Source of the DNA: Eledone cirrhosa
Taxonomy: Eukaryota
Direction of reading: 5' to 3'
DNA: 64,000 bases
NCBI GenBank assembly: GCA_964016885.1
Contig: OZ024741.1
Span: 16,616,001 to 16,680,000 of the forward strand
Shown piece by piece: positions 38,641 to 49,768 of this stretch. The position numbers were made by a program, and so were the translations under genes. The notes below the pieces were generated by a model. The model saw only the letters and a program-made list of their open reading frames with translations, ran no database searches and was not told the origin of the DNA. Each line of letters opens with the position of its first letter. Position 1 is the first letter of the stretch.

Positions 38641-41130
38641 AGAAGCTATTGAAGAGATAAGACACTATTCTGAAAGGCTAAAATGAATCACTAGAGTTGA
38701 TTTAGCTTCGTTCCAGTCATCCATCCATACAAATTTTATGAAGGTATTTCAGCTACCACAACACATTTACTTTGTTATTCTCCTACCATGCTGACTCTGC
38801 CTGACTTTGTCTCTGTCTATTTTTCCTCTACCATGCTGACTCTGTCTATTTTTCCATCAAAGGCTACAGGCCATGACTGGCTACTATTATTAATATTATT
38901 GTTGCTGTATTCTATTGACTACTTTGCCATGCTGTATTCTATTGGTCAGTTCTATCGCCTTGACAGCGACCCTCTCTCTACCTCACAATTTCCCTTGCCA
39001 TGCTGTATTCTATCGGTCAGTTCTATCGCCTTGACAGCGACCCTCTCTCTACCTCACAATTTCCCTTGCCATGCTGTATTCTATCGGTCAGTTCTATCGC
39101 CTTGACGGGGACCCTCTCTCTACCTCACAATTTCCCTCCCACCACCATAGCCTATTCGACCAATCAAACCTCAGCATGCCATTTCTTCTGCTACTACCTA
39201 ACTAACTCTCCCCTCCCCTGTCCCAGCCCAACACACCCTGCCATTATTCCACCACCACTGTTCTTCTAGCCCTGAATTTTCCTACCGTTATGGATGGATG
39301 AGCTGAGAATAAATTTGAGCAACTCTGAATTAATAGATGAAATATGAATCCGCGAGCTACCAAGCAACCATGTGAAGCGCCAATCCAGAGACCCTTCCCT
39401 ACGAGTGTCGACAAATGCCCAAAACTCCGAGTTGGTACCATCAATGTAAGCACAATGAAAGGAAGAGCAGGAGAAATCGTAGAAATGCTAGAGCGAAAGG
39501 AAATTGATGTATGCTGTGTGCAAGAGACTAGATGGAGAGGAGAGTCTGCTAAAGTCCTTGTAGGAAAAAGTCGGTGCAACAAATTTTTCTGGGTGGGAAA
39601 TGACGATGAGATGGGTTGTGTAGGTATACTACTAGCTGACAAGTGGGTAGATAAAGTAATCTCAGTGTACAGGGAAAATGCAAGAATCATTAAACTCAGA
39701 CTAGTCCTGAATAAAGCAATTACCACAATAATATCAGCTTACGCACCCCAATCGGGGTTGCCAGACGAACTTAAAGATAGGTTTTACGAGTCCCTAATGC
39801 ACACTACTGCTCTAACAAACGACAAGGACTTCCTAATCATCGCAGGAGATTTTAACGGACACGTAGGTAAACACTGCGACGGCTTCAATAGAGTTCATGG
39901 AGGCCTGATCACCTATAGATCAGGGGAGCATTCTAGTCAGATAGATTTTATCCTCATCAGAGGATGTGACAGATGGACGGTCGTAAACACAAAAGCCTTC
40001 CCTAGTGAGGAATGTACATCCCAACATAGCTTAGTTGTCAGCGACCTCACAGTCAGAACTAGACGAACCTGGAAACAGAGGCCAACCTGGAGAAGAAAGA
40101 TCTGGAAGCTGAAAGACCCCTCAACCAGTAACAGATTTAAAGATATTTTACTCAACGCCTACGACAGTAAAGAAGAACAGATAGAGACATTCAATGTAGA
40201 AGAGAACTGGGAGTTCCTAAAAAATAACTTACCAGAGGCGACGGATGAGGTCTGTGGCTGGAGTAAGACCACAAGCAGGAGGAGAGTGACTTGGTGGTGG
40301 AACAATAAGGTAGATGAGGCAGTTAAGGCCAAGAGACAGGCATGGAAAGAATGGAAGAACGGGGGGAGCAGGGTACATTACATAGAGATCAAGAGGGAAG
40401 CTAGGCAACAAGTATACTTAGCTAGGAGGGAAGCAGAGGATAGAAAATTCAAGCATGTTTTGCAAGGTGAGGACCAGAAACAGGAGGTGTTCAAGATTGC
40501 GAGGCAGTGTGTCAGAGAGAATTGTGATGTCATTGGAGAGAAGTGTATCCGGAATGATAAAGGTGAGCTTGCCCTCACAAGTGCTGAGAAGAAAGATGCA
40601 TGGAAGAGTCATTATGATAGATTACTAAATGAGGAGAATGCATGGGAAGAAGATACCCTACCCCAAGTAGACCCTATAGAGGGGCCAGCAGTACAAGTCA
40701 GCAGCAGCGTAGTAAGTAAGGCAATCAAAGATATGAAGATGGGGAAGGCAACTGGTCCATCGGGTATAGCTGCCAAGATGCTGAAGGCATCTTGGTCTGT
40801 AGGTCACACTATAACCACACGTATTGTTAACCAGGTAATACTAGAAGGTGTCATACCAAAAGATTGGTGCAGTAGCATCATTGTCAATTGCTACAAAGGT
40901 AAAGGTGATGCACTAGATAGAGGAAACTATAAAGGTATAAAGCTGATGGACCAGGTCATGAAAGTAACAGAAAGAGTTATAGCACAGTTGATTAGGGACC
41001 GGGTGAAACTAGACGAGATGCAATTTGGGTTTGTACCAGGAAGAAGCACCACTGATGCCCTCTTCCTTGTGAGGCAGTTACAGGAAAAGTACCTAGCTAA
41101 AAGTAAACCACTCTACCTGGCATTTGTCGA
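38641..41130 (+). mobile_element. Older RTE-A subfamily copy with a 105-bp in-frame deletion in APE; 3' part missing
   Basis: ORF from 39344 is highly similar to 43848 but lacks HGVG..PDNH. Homology stops at LAFV (41130). The 5' UTR has 71-bp repeats at 38926, 38997 and 39068. Confidence 0.92.
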
Positions 41131-41184
41131 GAGACCATCGTTATTTTTTCTCCCTCATATCAAGAATTTGAAGACGATCCATTT

Positions 41185-41258
41185 TCACCTGATGAGATCA
41201 GTGATAATCGATCATGGCTTCACAATCGATCTATCTCTTATTGAAACATGTGTCGTGA
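41185..41258 (+). ncRNA. Hammerhead ribozyme, PLE-3 5' pLTR
   Basis: TCAC-CTGATGA-(47-nt stem II region)-GAAA-CATGTG-TC-GTGA. Confidence 0.7.
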
Positions 41259-42123
41259 TTAAATGATTGGAATTTTACCTTGCCTTCGGATTTTCATTTT
41301 GATACTTATACTCCATTTTACATCATCTAGCTGTTCCCTCGAATGGAATTGGAGATATACAAAAGCGTGGAGAACTTAATATTGCTAACATAAATTTATT
41401 GGACCGTTTTACACAACCAATATTATTGCACCTTACTATATAACAACTTAAAGCTCCTATTTTTCTTGAGCACTTAATACTGTTAAGCAAGGAATATGAT
41501 GGAGAAATTCTCGGTGAACTCTTCACTTAAGGACATCCCTTTGCCCGACATAAAAGAATTCACAAGGTTGGCCATAGGTAAATCGGATTCATTTATCCGT
41601 AGAATGCGTTGGAAGGCCTTCCACTTTGACAGAGGAACAACAACAAACCAACCCAGGGAGGGAACGCGCGGCGTCGAGGGAATATTCAAGTCCAGAAGGA
41701 ATCCACTACACAATAGATACTTGGAGGAATTCGAGACAGAAATGTCTAACATAGTGTCCAACCTTAAGTTTAGGAAAAACCCACTCGGGAGAAATAGTTA
41801 CCTGAGATGACTGAATGGTGATCTAGTAAAATTGAAGAACTCGACCGGCATTTTGGTGCACGCAGACAAGACTAGCAACCTGTACGATATGGATAGAGTA
41901 ACTTATAATGATTTGATAACCAGAGAATTTAGGAAAAGCTACAGAAAAACTACGCGGGCAAATCTGCGATAGAAATCTGAAAACTTTTATGACCTCAACT
42001 AAAGCTAATAGCAGTCGCCATGTCTCTGACTGACTGGTGTGTCTCCATATGAGGGAATGAATTCTGTGTGAGACCATCGTTATTTTTTCTCCCTCATATC
42101 AAGAATTTGAAGACAATCCATTT

Positions 42124-42197
42124 TCACCTGATGAGATCAGTGATAATCGATCATGGCTTCACAATCGATCTATCTCTTATTGAAACATGTGTCATGA
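42124..42197 (+). ncRNA. Hammerhead ribozyme, PLE-3 3' pLTR (stem I mismatch)
   Basis: Same motif with GTGA changed to ATGA after the cleavage site. Confidence 0.6.
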
Positions 42198-42259
42198 TTA
42201 AATGATTGGAATTTTACCTTGCCTTCGGATTTTCATTTTGATATATATATATATATAAA

Positions 42260-42310
<51 letters not shown>

Positions 42311-42562
42311 TTATATATATATATATATATATAAAATATATTATATATAAAATATATTATATATATATATATATATATAAAATATATTATATATAAAATA
42401 TATTATATATATATATATATATATAAAATATATTATATATATATATATATAAAATATATTATATATATATATATATATAAAATATATTATATATATATAT
42501 ATATATATATAATATATTATATATATATATATATATATAATATATATATATATATAATATAT

Positions 42563-45500
42563 TAAGGCTTACTACCCTGTCTTTAACCTAATTCATTCAA
42601 TCTGAAAATATTGAAGAGATAAGACACTTTGCCATTCTTCTCTGCTAAAATGTACCACTGAGCTGATTCAAATTTTCCCAGCCAGCCATCCACCTAATCT
42701 ACGAAGGTATTTTAGCCTACATATTGTCGTTAATATTATGATGTTCCCTGCTGTATTAGCGTTAAATTTTCCCTGCTGTATTAGCGATAAATTTTCGAGG
42801 GTTTCTCTTAGTAGCTTTTTCATGTCGTTAATATTATGATGTTCCCTGCTGTATTAGCGTTAAATTTTCCCTGCTGTATTAGCGATAAATTTTCGAGGGT
42901 TTCTCTTAGTAGCTTTTTTCATGACGTTATTATTGTTAATTTTACTGATGTAGTATTAACTTATTAACTTGGATATTTACCATGCGGTATTCTAATCCTA
43001 TTGTATCTCTCTCAGTTATTTACCATGCGACCCTCAGTTCCTACCCCCCCCCCCCCCCCCTCTATGCACTTCTTTAAGGCTTACTACCCTGTCTTTAACC
43101 TAATTCATTCAATCTGAAAATATTGAAGAGATAAGACACTTTGCCATTCTTCTCTGCTAAAATGTACCACTGAGCTGATTCAAATTTTCCCAGCCAGCCA
43201 TCCACCTAATCTACGAAGGTATTTTAGCCTACATATTGTCGTTAATATTATGATGTTCCCTGCTGTATTAGCGTTAAATTTTCCCTGCTGTATTAGCGAT
43301 AAATTTTCGAGGGTTTCTCTTAGTAGCTTTTTCATGTCGTTAATATTATGATGTTCCCTGCTGTATTAGCGTTAAATTTTCCCTGCTGTATTAGCGATAA
43401 ATTTTCGAGGGTTTCTCTTAGTAGCTTTTTCACGTCGTTAATATTATGATGTTCCCTGCTGTATTAGCGTTAAATTTTCCCTGCTGTATTAGCGATAAAT
43501 TTTCGAGGGTTTCTCTTAGTAGCTTTTTTCATGACGTTATTATTGTTAATTTTACTGATGTAGTATTAACTTGGATATTTACCATGCGACCCTCAGTTCC
43601 TACCTCACAATTTCCCTCCCTCCCACCCCCACACACCACCATAGTCTATTCGACCAATCAAACCTAGCATGCCATTTCCACTGCTGCTGCTGCTACTACC
43701 TGCCTAACTAACTCTCTCCTCCTCTGGCGCATCCCAACACACCCTGCCATTACCCCACCACCACTGTCCTTCTAGCCCTCAATTTTCCCACCGTTAGGGA
43801 TGGATGAGCTGGGAATACACGAGCAACTCTGAATCAATAGATGAAATATGAATCTGCGAGCTACCAAGCACCCACGTGAAGCGCCAACCCAGAGACCCTC
43901 CCCTACGAGTGTCGACAAATGCCCAAAACTCCGAGTTGGTACCATCAATGTAGGCTCAATGAAAGGAAGAGCAGGAGAAATCGTAGAAATGCTAGAGCGA
44001 AAGGAAGTTGATGTATGCTGTGTGCAAGAGACTAGATGGAGAGGAGGGTCTGCTAGAGTCCTTGTAGGAAAAAGCCAGTGCTACAAATTTTTCTGGGTGG
44101 GAAATGACGATGGGATGGGTGGTGTAGGTATACTATTAGCTGACAAGTGGGTAGATAAAGTAATCTCAGTGTACAGGGTAAATGCAAGAATCATTAAACT
44201 CAGACTAGTCCTGAATAAGACAATTACCACAATAATATCAGCTTACGCACCCCAATCGGGGCTGCCAGACGAACTTAAGGATAGGTTTTACGAGTCCCTA
44301 ATACACACTACTGCTCTAACAGACGACAAGGACTTCCTAATCATTGCAGGAGATTTTAACGGACACGTAGGTAAACACTGCGACGGCTTCAATAGAGTAC
44401 ATGGAGGCCATGGAGTTGGCACAAGGAATGAGGAAGGATTCAGACTTCTAGAATTCTGCGACGCCAATGACATGTCGATATGTAACACAAACTTTAAAAA
44501 ACCCGACAACCACCTGATCACCTATAGATCAGGGGAGCACTCTAGTCAGTTAGATTTTATCCTCATCAGAGGACGTGACAGATGGACGGTCGTAAACACA
44601 AAAGCCTTCCCTAGTGAGGAATGTACATCCCAACATAGCTTAGTTGTCAGCGACCTCACGGTCAGAACTAGACGAGCCCTGAAACAGAGGCCAACCTGGA
44701 GAAGAAAGATCTGGAAGCTGAAAGTCCCCTCAACCAGTAACAGATTTAAAGATATTTTACTCAACGCCTACGACAGTAAAGAAGAACAGATAGAGACATT
44801 TAACGTAGAAGAGAACTGGGAGTTCCTAAAAAATAACTTACTAGAGGCGACGGATGAGGTCTGTGGCTGGAGTAAGACCTCAAGCAGGAGGAGAGTGACT
44901 TGGTGGTGGAACAATAAGGTAGATGAAGCAGTCAAGGCCAAGAGACAGGCATGGAAAGAATGGAAGAACGGGGGGAGCAGGGTACATTACATAGAGACCA
45001 AGAGGGAAGCTAGGCGACAAGTATACTTAGCTAGGAGGGAAGCAGAGGATAGAAAATTCAAGCATGTTTTACAACGTGAGGACCAGAAACAGGAGGTATT
45101 CAAGATTGCGAGGCAGTGTGTCAGAGATAGTTGTGATGTCATTGGAGAGAAGTGTATCCGGAATGATAAAGGTGAGCTTGCCCTCACAAGTGCTGAGAAG
45201 AAAGATGCATGGAAGAGTCATTATGATAGATTACTAAATGAGGAGAATGCATGGGAAGAAGAGACCCTACCCCACGTAGACCCTATAGAGGGACCAGCAG
45301 TACAAGTCAGCGGCAGCGTAGTAAGTAAGGCAATCAGAGATATGAAGATAGGGAAGGCAACCGGTCCATCGGGTATAGCTGCCGAGATGCTGAAGGCATC
45401 TGGGTCTGTAGGTCACACTATAACCACACGTATCGTTAACCAGGTAATACTAGAGGGGGCCATACCAAAAGATTGGTGCAGTAGCATCATTGTCAACTGC

Positions 45501-47273
45501 TACAAAGGTAAAGGCGATGCACTAGATAGAGGAAACTATAGAGGTATAAAGTTGATGGACCAGGTCATGAAAGTAACAGAAAGAGTTATAGCACAGCTGA
45601 TTAGGGACCGGGTGAATATAGACGAGATGCAATTTGGGTTTGTTCCAGGGAAAGGCACCACTGATGCGCTCTTCCTTGTGAGGCAATTACAGGAAAAGTA
45701 CCTAGCTAAAAGTAAGCCACTCTACTTGGCATTTGTCGACCTTGAGAAAGCCTTTGACAGAGTTCCACGTGCAGTAATCTGGTGGGCTCTTAGAAAACTA
45801 GGAGTAGATGAATGGCTTGTGAAAGCGGTACAAGCCATGTATAGGGGAGCAGTCAGCAAAGTTAGGATTGGCAATGAGTATAGCGAGGAATTTAGCGTAC
45901 AGGTTGGGGTCCACCAGGGCTCTGTTCTTAGCCCTCTCCTGTTCATCATAGTCCTGCAGGCAATAACGGAGGAGTTTAAGACCGGATGCCCATGGGAACT
46001 CCTGTATGCTGATGACCTCGCACTCATAGCTGAATCTATGGTAGAACTAGAGAATAAATTCCAAACCTGGAAGCAGGGACTAGAGAGAAAGGGCCTCAAA
46101 GTCAACATGACAAAGACTAAGGTCCTTATAAGTAGACGAGAAAACAGAACCCAGATCCCCTCAGGGAAATGGCCTTGCTCAGTATGTAGGAAAGGTGTAG
46201 GTAGGAACTCCATTCTTTGCCCCAAATGCAAACAATGGGTACACAAGAGATGTAGCGGGATCTCAGGAAGCTTAATTAAGAATGTAGGATTCACATGCAG
46301 CAGCTGTGCTGAAACAGCAAGCAAACAGCCACAGGAAACAAGTACCACCAATCTCTGGGAGGGCCCTGTAGAAACAGTAGACAGCTTCTGCTACCTAGGT
46401 GACCGAATTAGCAACGGAGGTGGGTGCTCAGAAAGTACAATAACTAGGGTAAGAACGGGATGGAAGAAGTTTAGGGAACTACTACCACTGCTAGCTGCAA
46501 AAGGCTTCTCCCTCAGAATGAAAGGCAGACTGTATGATGCGTGTATCCGAACAGCGATGTTGCATGGTAGTGAGACCTGGGCGCTGAAGGTGGAAGACTT
46601 ACGTAGATTAGAGAGAAACGAAGCCTGCATGCTCCGATGGATGTGTAACAGTAATATACGTGAACGACAAAGCATAAATGAATTGAGAGAGAGACTGAGC
46701 ATAAGAGGAATCAAATGCTGCGTGCAGGAGAGGCGGTTACGCTGGTATGGACATGTGATGCGTATGAAGGATGACAGCTGCATAAAAAGGTGCAGAGCAC
46801 TAGAAGTTGATGGAAACCGCGGAGTGGGGAGACCCAAGATGACTTGGGATGAGGTGATAAAAGCCGACCTTACCCAACTACACCTCTCAAAGTCAATGAC
46901 ACACGACCGTGACTTCTGGCGTCACGCAGTAATACAGGGTACCCGACCTCCCATGGGTACATGCTGAAGCATATAAACAATATGCCCCCCCCCCCCCACC
47001 GCAAGGTGGTCGTGGAGGTGCCACGGCAAAAAAGCACCCAGCCCACACTGTAAAGTGGACGTGTAGGCGCCACGAAAAAGCACCCAGCACTCACTGTAAA
47101 TGAGGTTGGTGTTAGGAAGGGCATCCAGCTGTAGAAATCAAGCCAGATCAGTTCCTGTATGAGCAAGGCATGGTCAGCCGACCAGACACTGCCCACAACA
47201 GGACAACCCGTCTAACCCATGCTAGCGTGGAAGAACGGACGTAAAACGGTGATGATGATGATGATGATGATGA
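42563..47273 (+). mobile_element. Full-length RTE LINE, family A copy 2
   Basis: 5' UTR with 2+3 98-bp monomers (42726-42922, 43238-43532), intact ORF, 3' UTR, (GAT)n tail, (TA)n flanks. Confidence 0.95.
43848..46967 (+). CDS. RTE ORF: APE + RT with inserted PHD finger (1039 aa, intact)
   Basis: Same protein as 3558-6677 apart from PSGKW versus PSEKW (by eye). PHD at 46176-46307. Confidence 0.95.
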   Translation: MNLRATKHPREAPTQRPSPTSVDKCPKLRVGTINVGSMKGRAGEIVEMLERKEVDVCCVQETRWRGGSARVLVGKSQCYKFFWVGNDDGMGGVGILLADKWVDKVISVYRVNARIIKLRLVLNKTITTIISAYAPQSGLPDELKDRFYESLIHTTALTDDKDFLIIAGDFNGHVGKHCDGFNRVHGGHGVGTRNEEGFRLLEFCDANDMSICNTNFKKPDNHLITYRSGEHSSQLDFILIRGRDRWTVVNTKAFPSEECTSQHSLVVSDLTVRTRRALKQRPTWRRKIWKLKVPSTSNRFKDILLNAYDSKEEQIETFNVEENWEFLKNNLLEATDEVCGWSKTSSRRRVTWWWNNKVDEAVKAKRQAWKEWKNGGSRVHYIETKREARRQVYLARREAEDRKFKHVLQREDQKQEVFKIARQCVRDSCDVIGEKCIRNDKGELALTSAEKKDAWKSHYDRLLNEENAWEEETLPHVDPIEGPAVQVSGSVVSKAIRDMKIGKATGPSGIAAEMLKASGSVGHTITTRIVNQVILEGAIPKDWCSSIIVNCYKGKGDALDRGNYRGIKLMDQVMKVTERVIAQLIRDRVNIDEMQFGFVPGKGTTDALFLVRQLQEKYLAKSKPLYLAFVDLEKAFDRVPRAVIWWALRKLGVDEWLVKAVQAMYRGAVSKVRIGNEYSEEFSVQVGVHQGSVLSPLLFIIVLQAITEEFKTGCPWELLYADDLALIAESMVELENKFQTWKQGLERKGLKVNMTKTKVLISRRENRTQIPSGKWPCSVCRKGVGRNSILCPKCKQWVHKRCSGISGSLIKNVGFTCSSCAETASKQPQETSTTNLWEGPVETVDSFCYLGDRISNGGGCSESTITRVRTGWKKFRELLPLLAAKGFSLRMKGRLYDACIRTAMLHGSETWALKVEDLRRLERNEACMLRWMCNSNIRERQSINELRERLSIRGIKCCVQERRLRWYGHVMRMKDDSCIKRCRALEVDGNRGVGRPKMTWDEVIKADLTQLHLSKSMTHDRDFWRHAVIQGTRPPMGTC

Positions 47274-47301
47274 ATATATATATATATATATAATATATTA
47301 T

Positions 47302-47990
47302 TTGGTCTTTCCTTCCACGCATTACCTCTGTTTGATTTTGTTACTGTACTTGTTTTTTTCCGTATCTTTATTTTTTTATTTTTTCATTCGCACCGTTTCC
47401 TTTCGCTATATGTCTCTCCACCACTCCCCTACACACCCTTTGAACTCTGTTCCCACACACTTCTCACCTGAGGAAGGGCTTATGCCCGAAACGTCGTCCC
47501 CCACCAACACGCCACTCTCCAGAGCGTGAAATTAATAAACATTCGTTGTACTGCCTCTCTGTTTTGTCCCTGTTCAAATTTTTACATTATATATAATACA
47601 CGCTCACACGGCTTCCATTCCTTGGAACATAACTTAACTACCGGCTCAACCCCGATCTAATCCGCCGTGACCTTTCTCCGAACTTTACACACCTTCCCAC
47701 ACTTGGTCTTTCCTTCCACGCATTACCTCTGTTTGATTTTGTTACTGTACTTATTTTTTTCCGTATCTTTTTTTTTTTATTTTTTCATTCGCACCATTTC
47801 CTTTCGCTATATGTCTCTCCACCACTCCCCTACACACCCTTTGAACTCTGTTCCCACACACTTCTCACCTGAGGAAGGGCTTATGCCCGAAACGTCGTCC
47901 CCCACCAACCCCCACTCTCCAGAGCGTGAAATTAATAAACATTCGTTGTACTGCCTCTCTGTTTTGTCCCTATTCAAATTTTTCCATTAT
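47302..47990 (+). mobile_element. Non-coding 401-bp tandem (1.7 units) with hammerhead-like cores: retrozyme-like or truncated PLE pLTR pair
   Basis: Units start at 47302 and 47703. Each has CTGAGGA-a-GGGC-ttat-GCCC-GAAA-CG-TC (47468, 47869) followed by AATAAA. Confidence 0.7.
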
Positions 47991-48348
47991 ATATTATATA
48001 TATATATATATATATAAAATATATTATATATATATATATATTATATATATATATATAGTATACATATATATATATAAAATATATTATATATATATATATA
48101 TTATATATATATATATATATAAAATATATTATATATATATATATATTATATATATATATATATATAAAATATATTATATATATATATATATTATATATAT
48201 ATATATAGTATATATATATATAAAATATATTATATATATATATATATTATATATATATATATAGTATATATATATATATATAAAATATATTATATATATA
48301 TATATATTATATATATATATAGTATATATATATATATATAAAATATAT

Positions 48349-48380
<32 letters not shown>

Positions 48381-48607
48381 ATATATATTATATATTATAT
48401 ATATATATAAAATATATTATATATATATATATTATATATATATATATATAAAATATATTATAAATATTTATATATAAAATATATATATATATATATTATA
48501 TATATATATATATTATATATATATATATATAAAATATATTATATATATATATATATATAAAATAAATTATATATATATATATATATAAAATATATTATAT
48601 ATATATA

Positions 48608-48651
<44 letters not shown>

Positions 48652-48828
48652 ATATATAATATATTATATATATATAATATATTATATATATATATTATAT
48701 ATATATATATATATTATATATATATATATATTATATATATATATATTATATATATTATATATATATATATTATATATATATATATATATAATATATATAT
48801 ATTATATATTATATATATATATATATAT
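47991..48828. repeat. TA satellite with TATAAAATATATTATA variant units
   Basis: Directly visible; the same variant occurs at 42256-42490 and 49165-49750. Confidence 0.9.
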
Positions 48829-49164
48829 GGAGGTACATGGCTTAGTGGTTAGAGCATTGGACTTGCAATCGAAAGGTTGTGAGTTCAATACTCAGACCGG
48901 GTGATGTGTTGTTTCCCTGAGCAAGAGACTTTATTTCACATTGCTCCAGTTTACTCAGCTGTAGAAATGAGATTATAGGGACTGGCGTCCCTATCATTCC
49001 ACTGTAAAGTGGTCGTGGAGGTGCCACGGCAAAAAAGCACCCAGCACTCACTGTAAATGAGGTTGGTGTTAGGAAGGGCATCCAGCTGTAGAAATCAAGC
49101 CAGAATCAGTTCCCGTCCCACCCTTGCAAGCAGGGAAAAGCGGACGTAAAATGATGATGATGAT
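48829..49164 (+). mobile_element. tRNA-derived SINE with an RTE-A-derived 3' tail
   Basis: A box TGGCTTAGTGG, B box GAGTTCAATACTC, central body; 49032-49104 identical to RTE-A 47075-47147; (GAT)n tail. Confidence 0.9.
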
Positions 49165-49193
49165 ATATAAAATATATTATATATATATATAAA

Positions 49194-49226
<33 letters not shown>

Positions 49227-49337
49227 ATTATATATATATTATATATATATTATATATATATATTATATATATATTATATATATATTATATATATATATAT
49301 ATAAAATATATTATATATATATATATATAAAATATAT

Positions 49338-49369
<32 letters not shown>

Positions 49370-49432
49370 ATATATATAAAATATATTATATATATATAAA
49401 ATATATATATATAAAATATATATATATATATA

Positions 49433-49479
<47 letters not shown>

Positions 49480-49534
49480 AAAATATATATATAAAATATA
49501 TATATAAAATATATATATAAAATATATATATAAA

Positions 49535-49566
<32 letters not shown>

Positions 49567-49640
49567 TATATATATATATTAGATATATATATATAAAAAA
49601 TATATATATATATATTCTATATATATATATATATATATTC

Positions 49641-49672
<32 letters not shown>

Positions 49673-49768
49673 ATATTATATATATATTATATATATATAT
49701 ATTATATATATATATATAAAATATATATATATATAAAATATATATAAATATTTACTTATTGTTCCACA

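Larger units (their letters stand above)
41131..42243 (+). mobile_element. Internally deleted Penelope-like element, family 3, with direct pLTRs
   Basis: Direct repeats at 41131-41304 and 42070-42243. N-terminal ORF remnant 41496-~41970 (SLKDIPLP, RRMRWKAFHF, ADKTSNLY); RT absent. Confidence 0.85.

Noticed and set aside
41131-41266. Novel C-terminus on the 640-aa RTE ORF
   Set aside because: Read-through into the adjacent PLE-3 repeat, not a real domain.
41808-41810. In-frame TGA in Naiad-like PLEs as selenocysteine (also ~35442)
   Set aside because: Some Naiads are reported to encode selenoproteins, but these TGAs do not align to Cys positions in PLE-1 and lie in copies with other lesions; ordinary nonsense mutation is simpler. 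No SECIS search was possible.
48829-48900. Possible tRNA gene
   Set aside because: A and B boxes are present, but the acceptor stem is poor and the sequence continues into a SINE body and LINE-derived tail.
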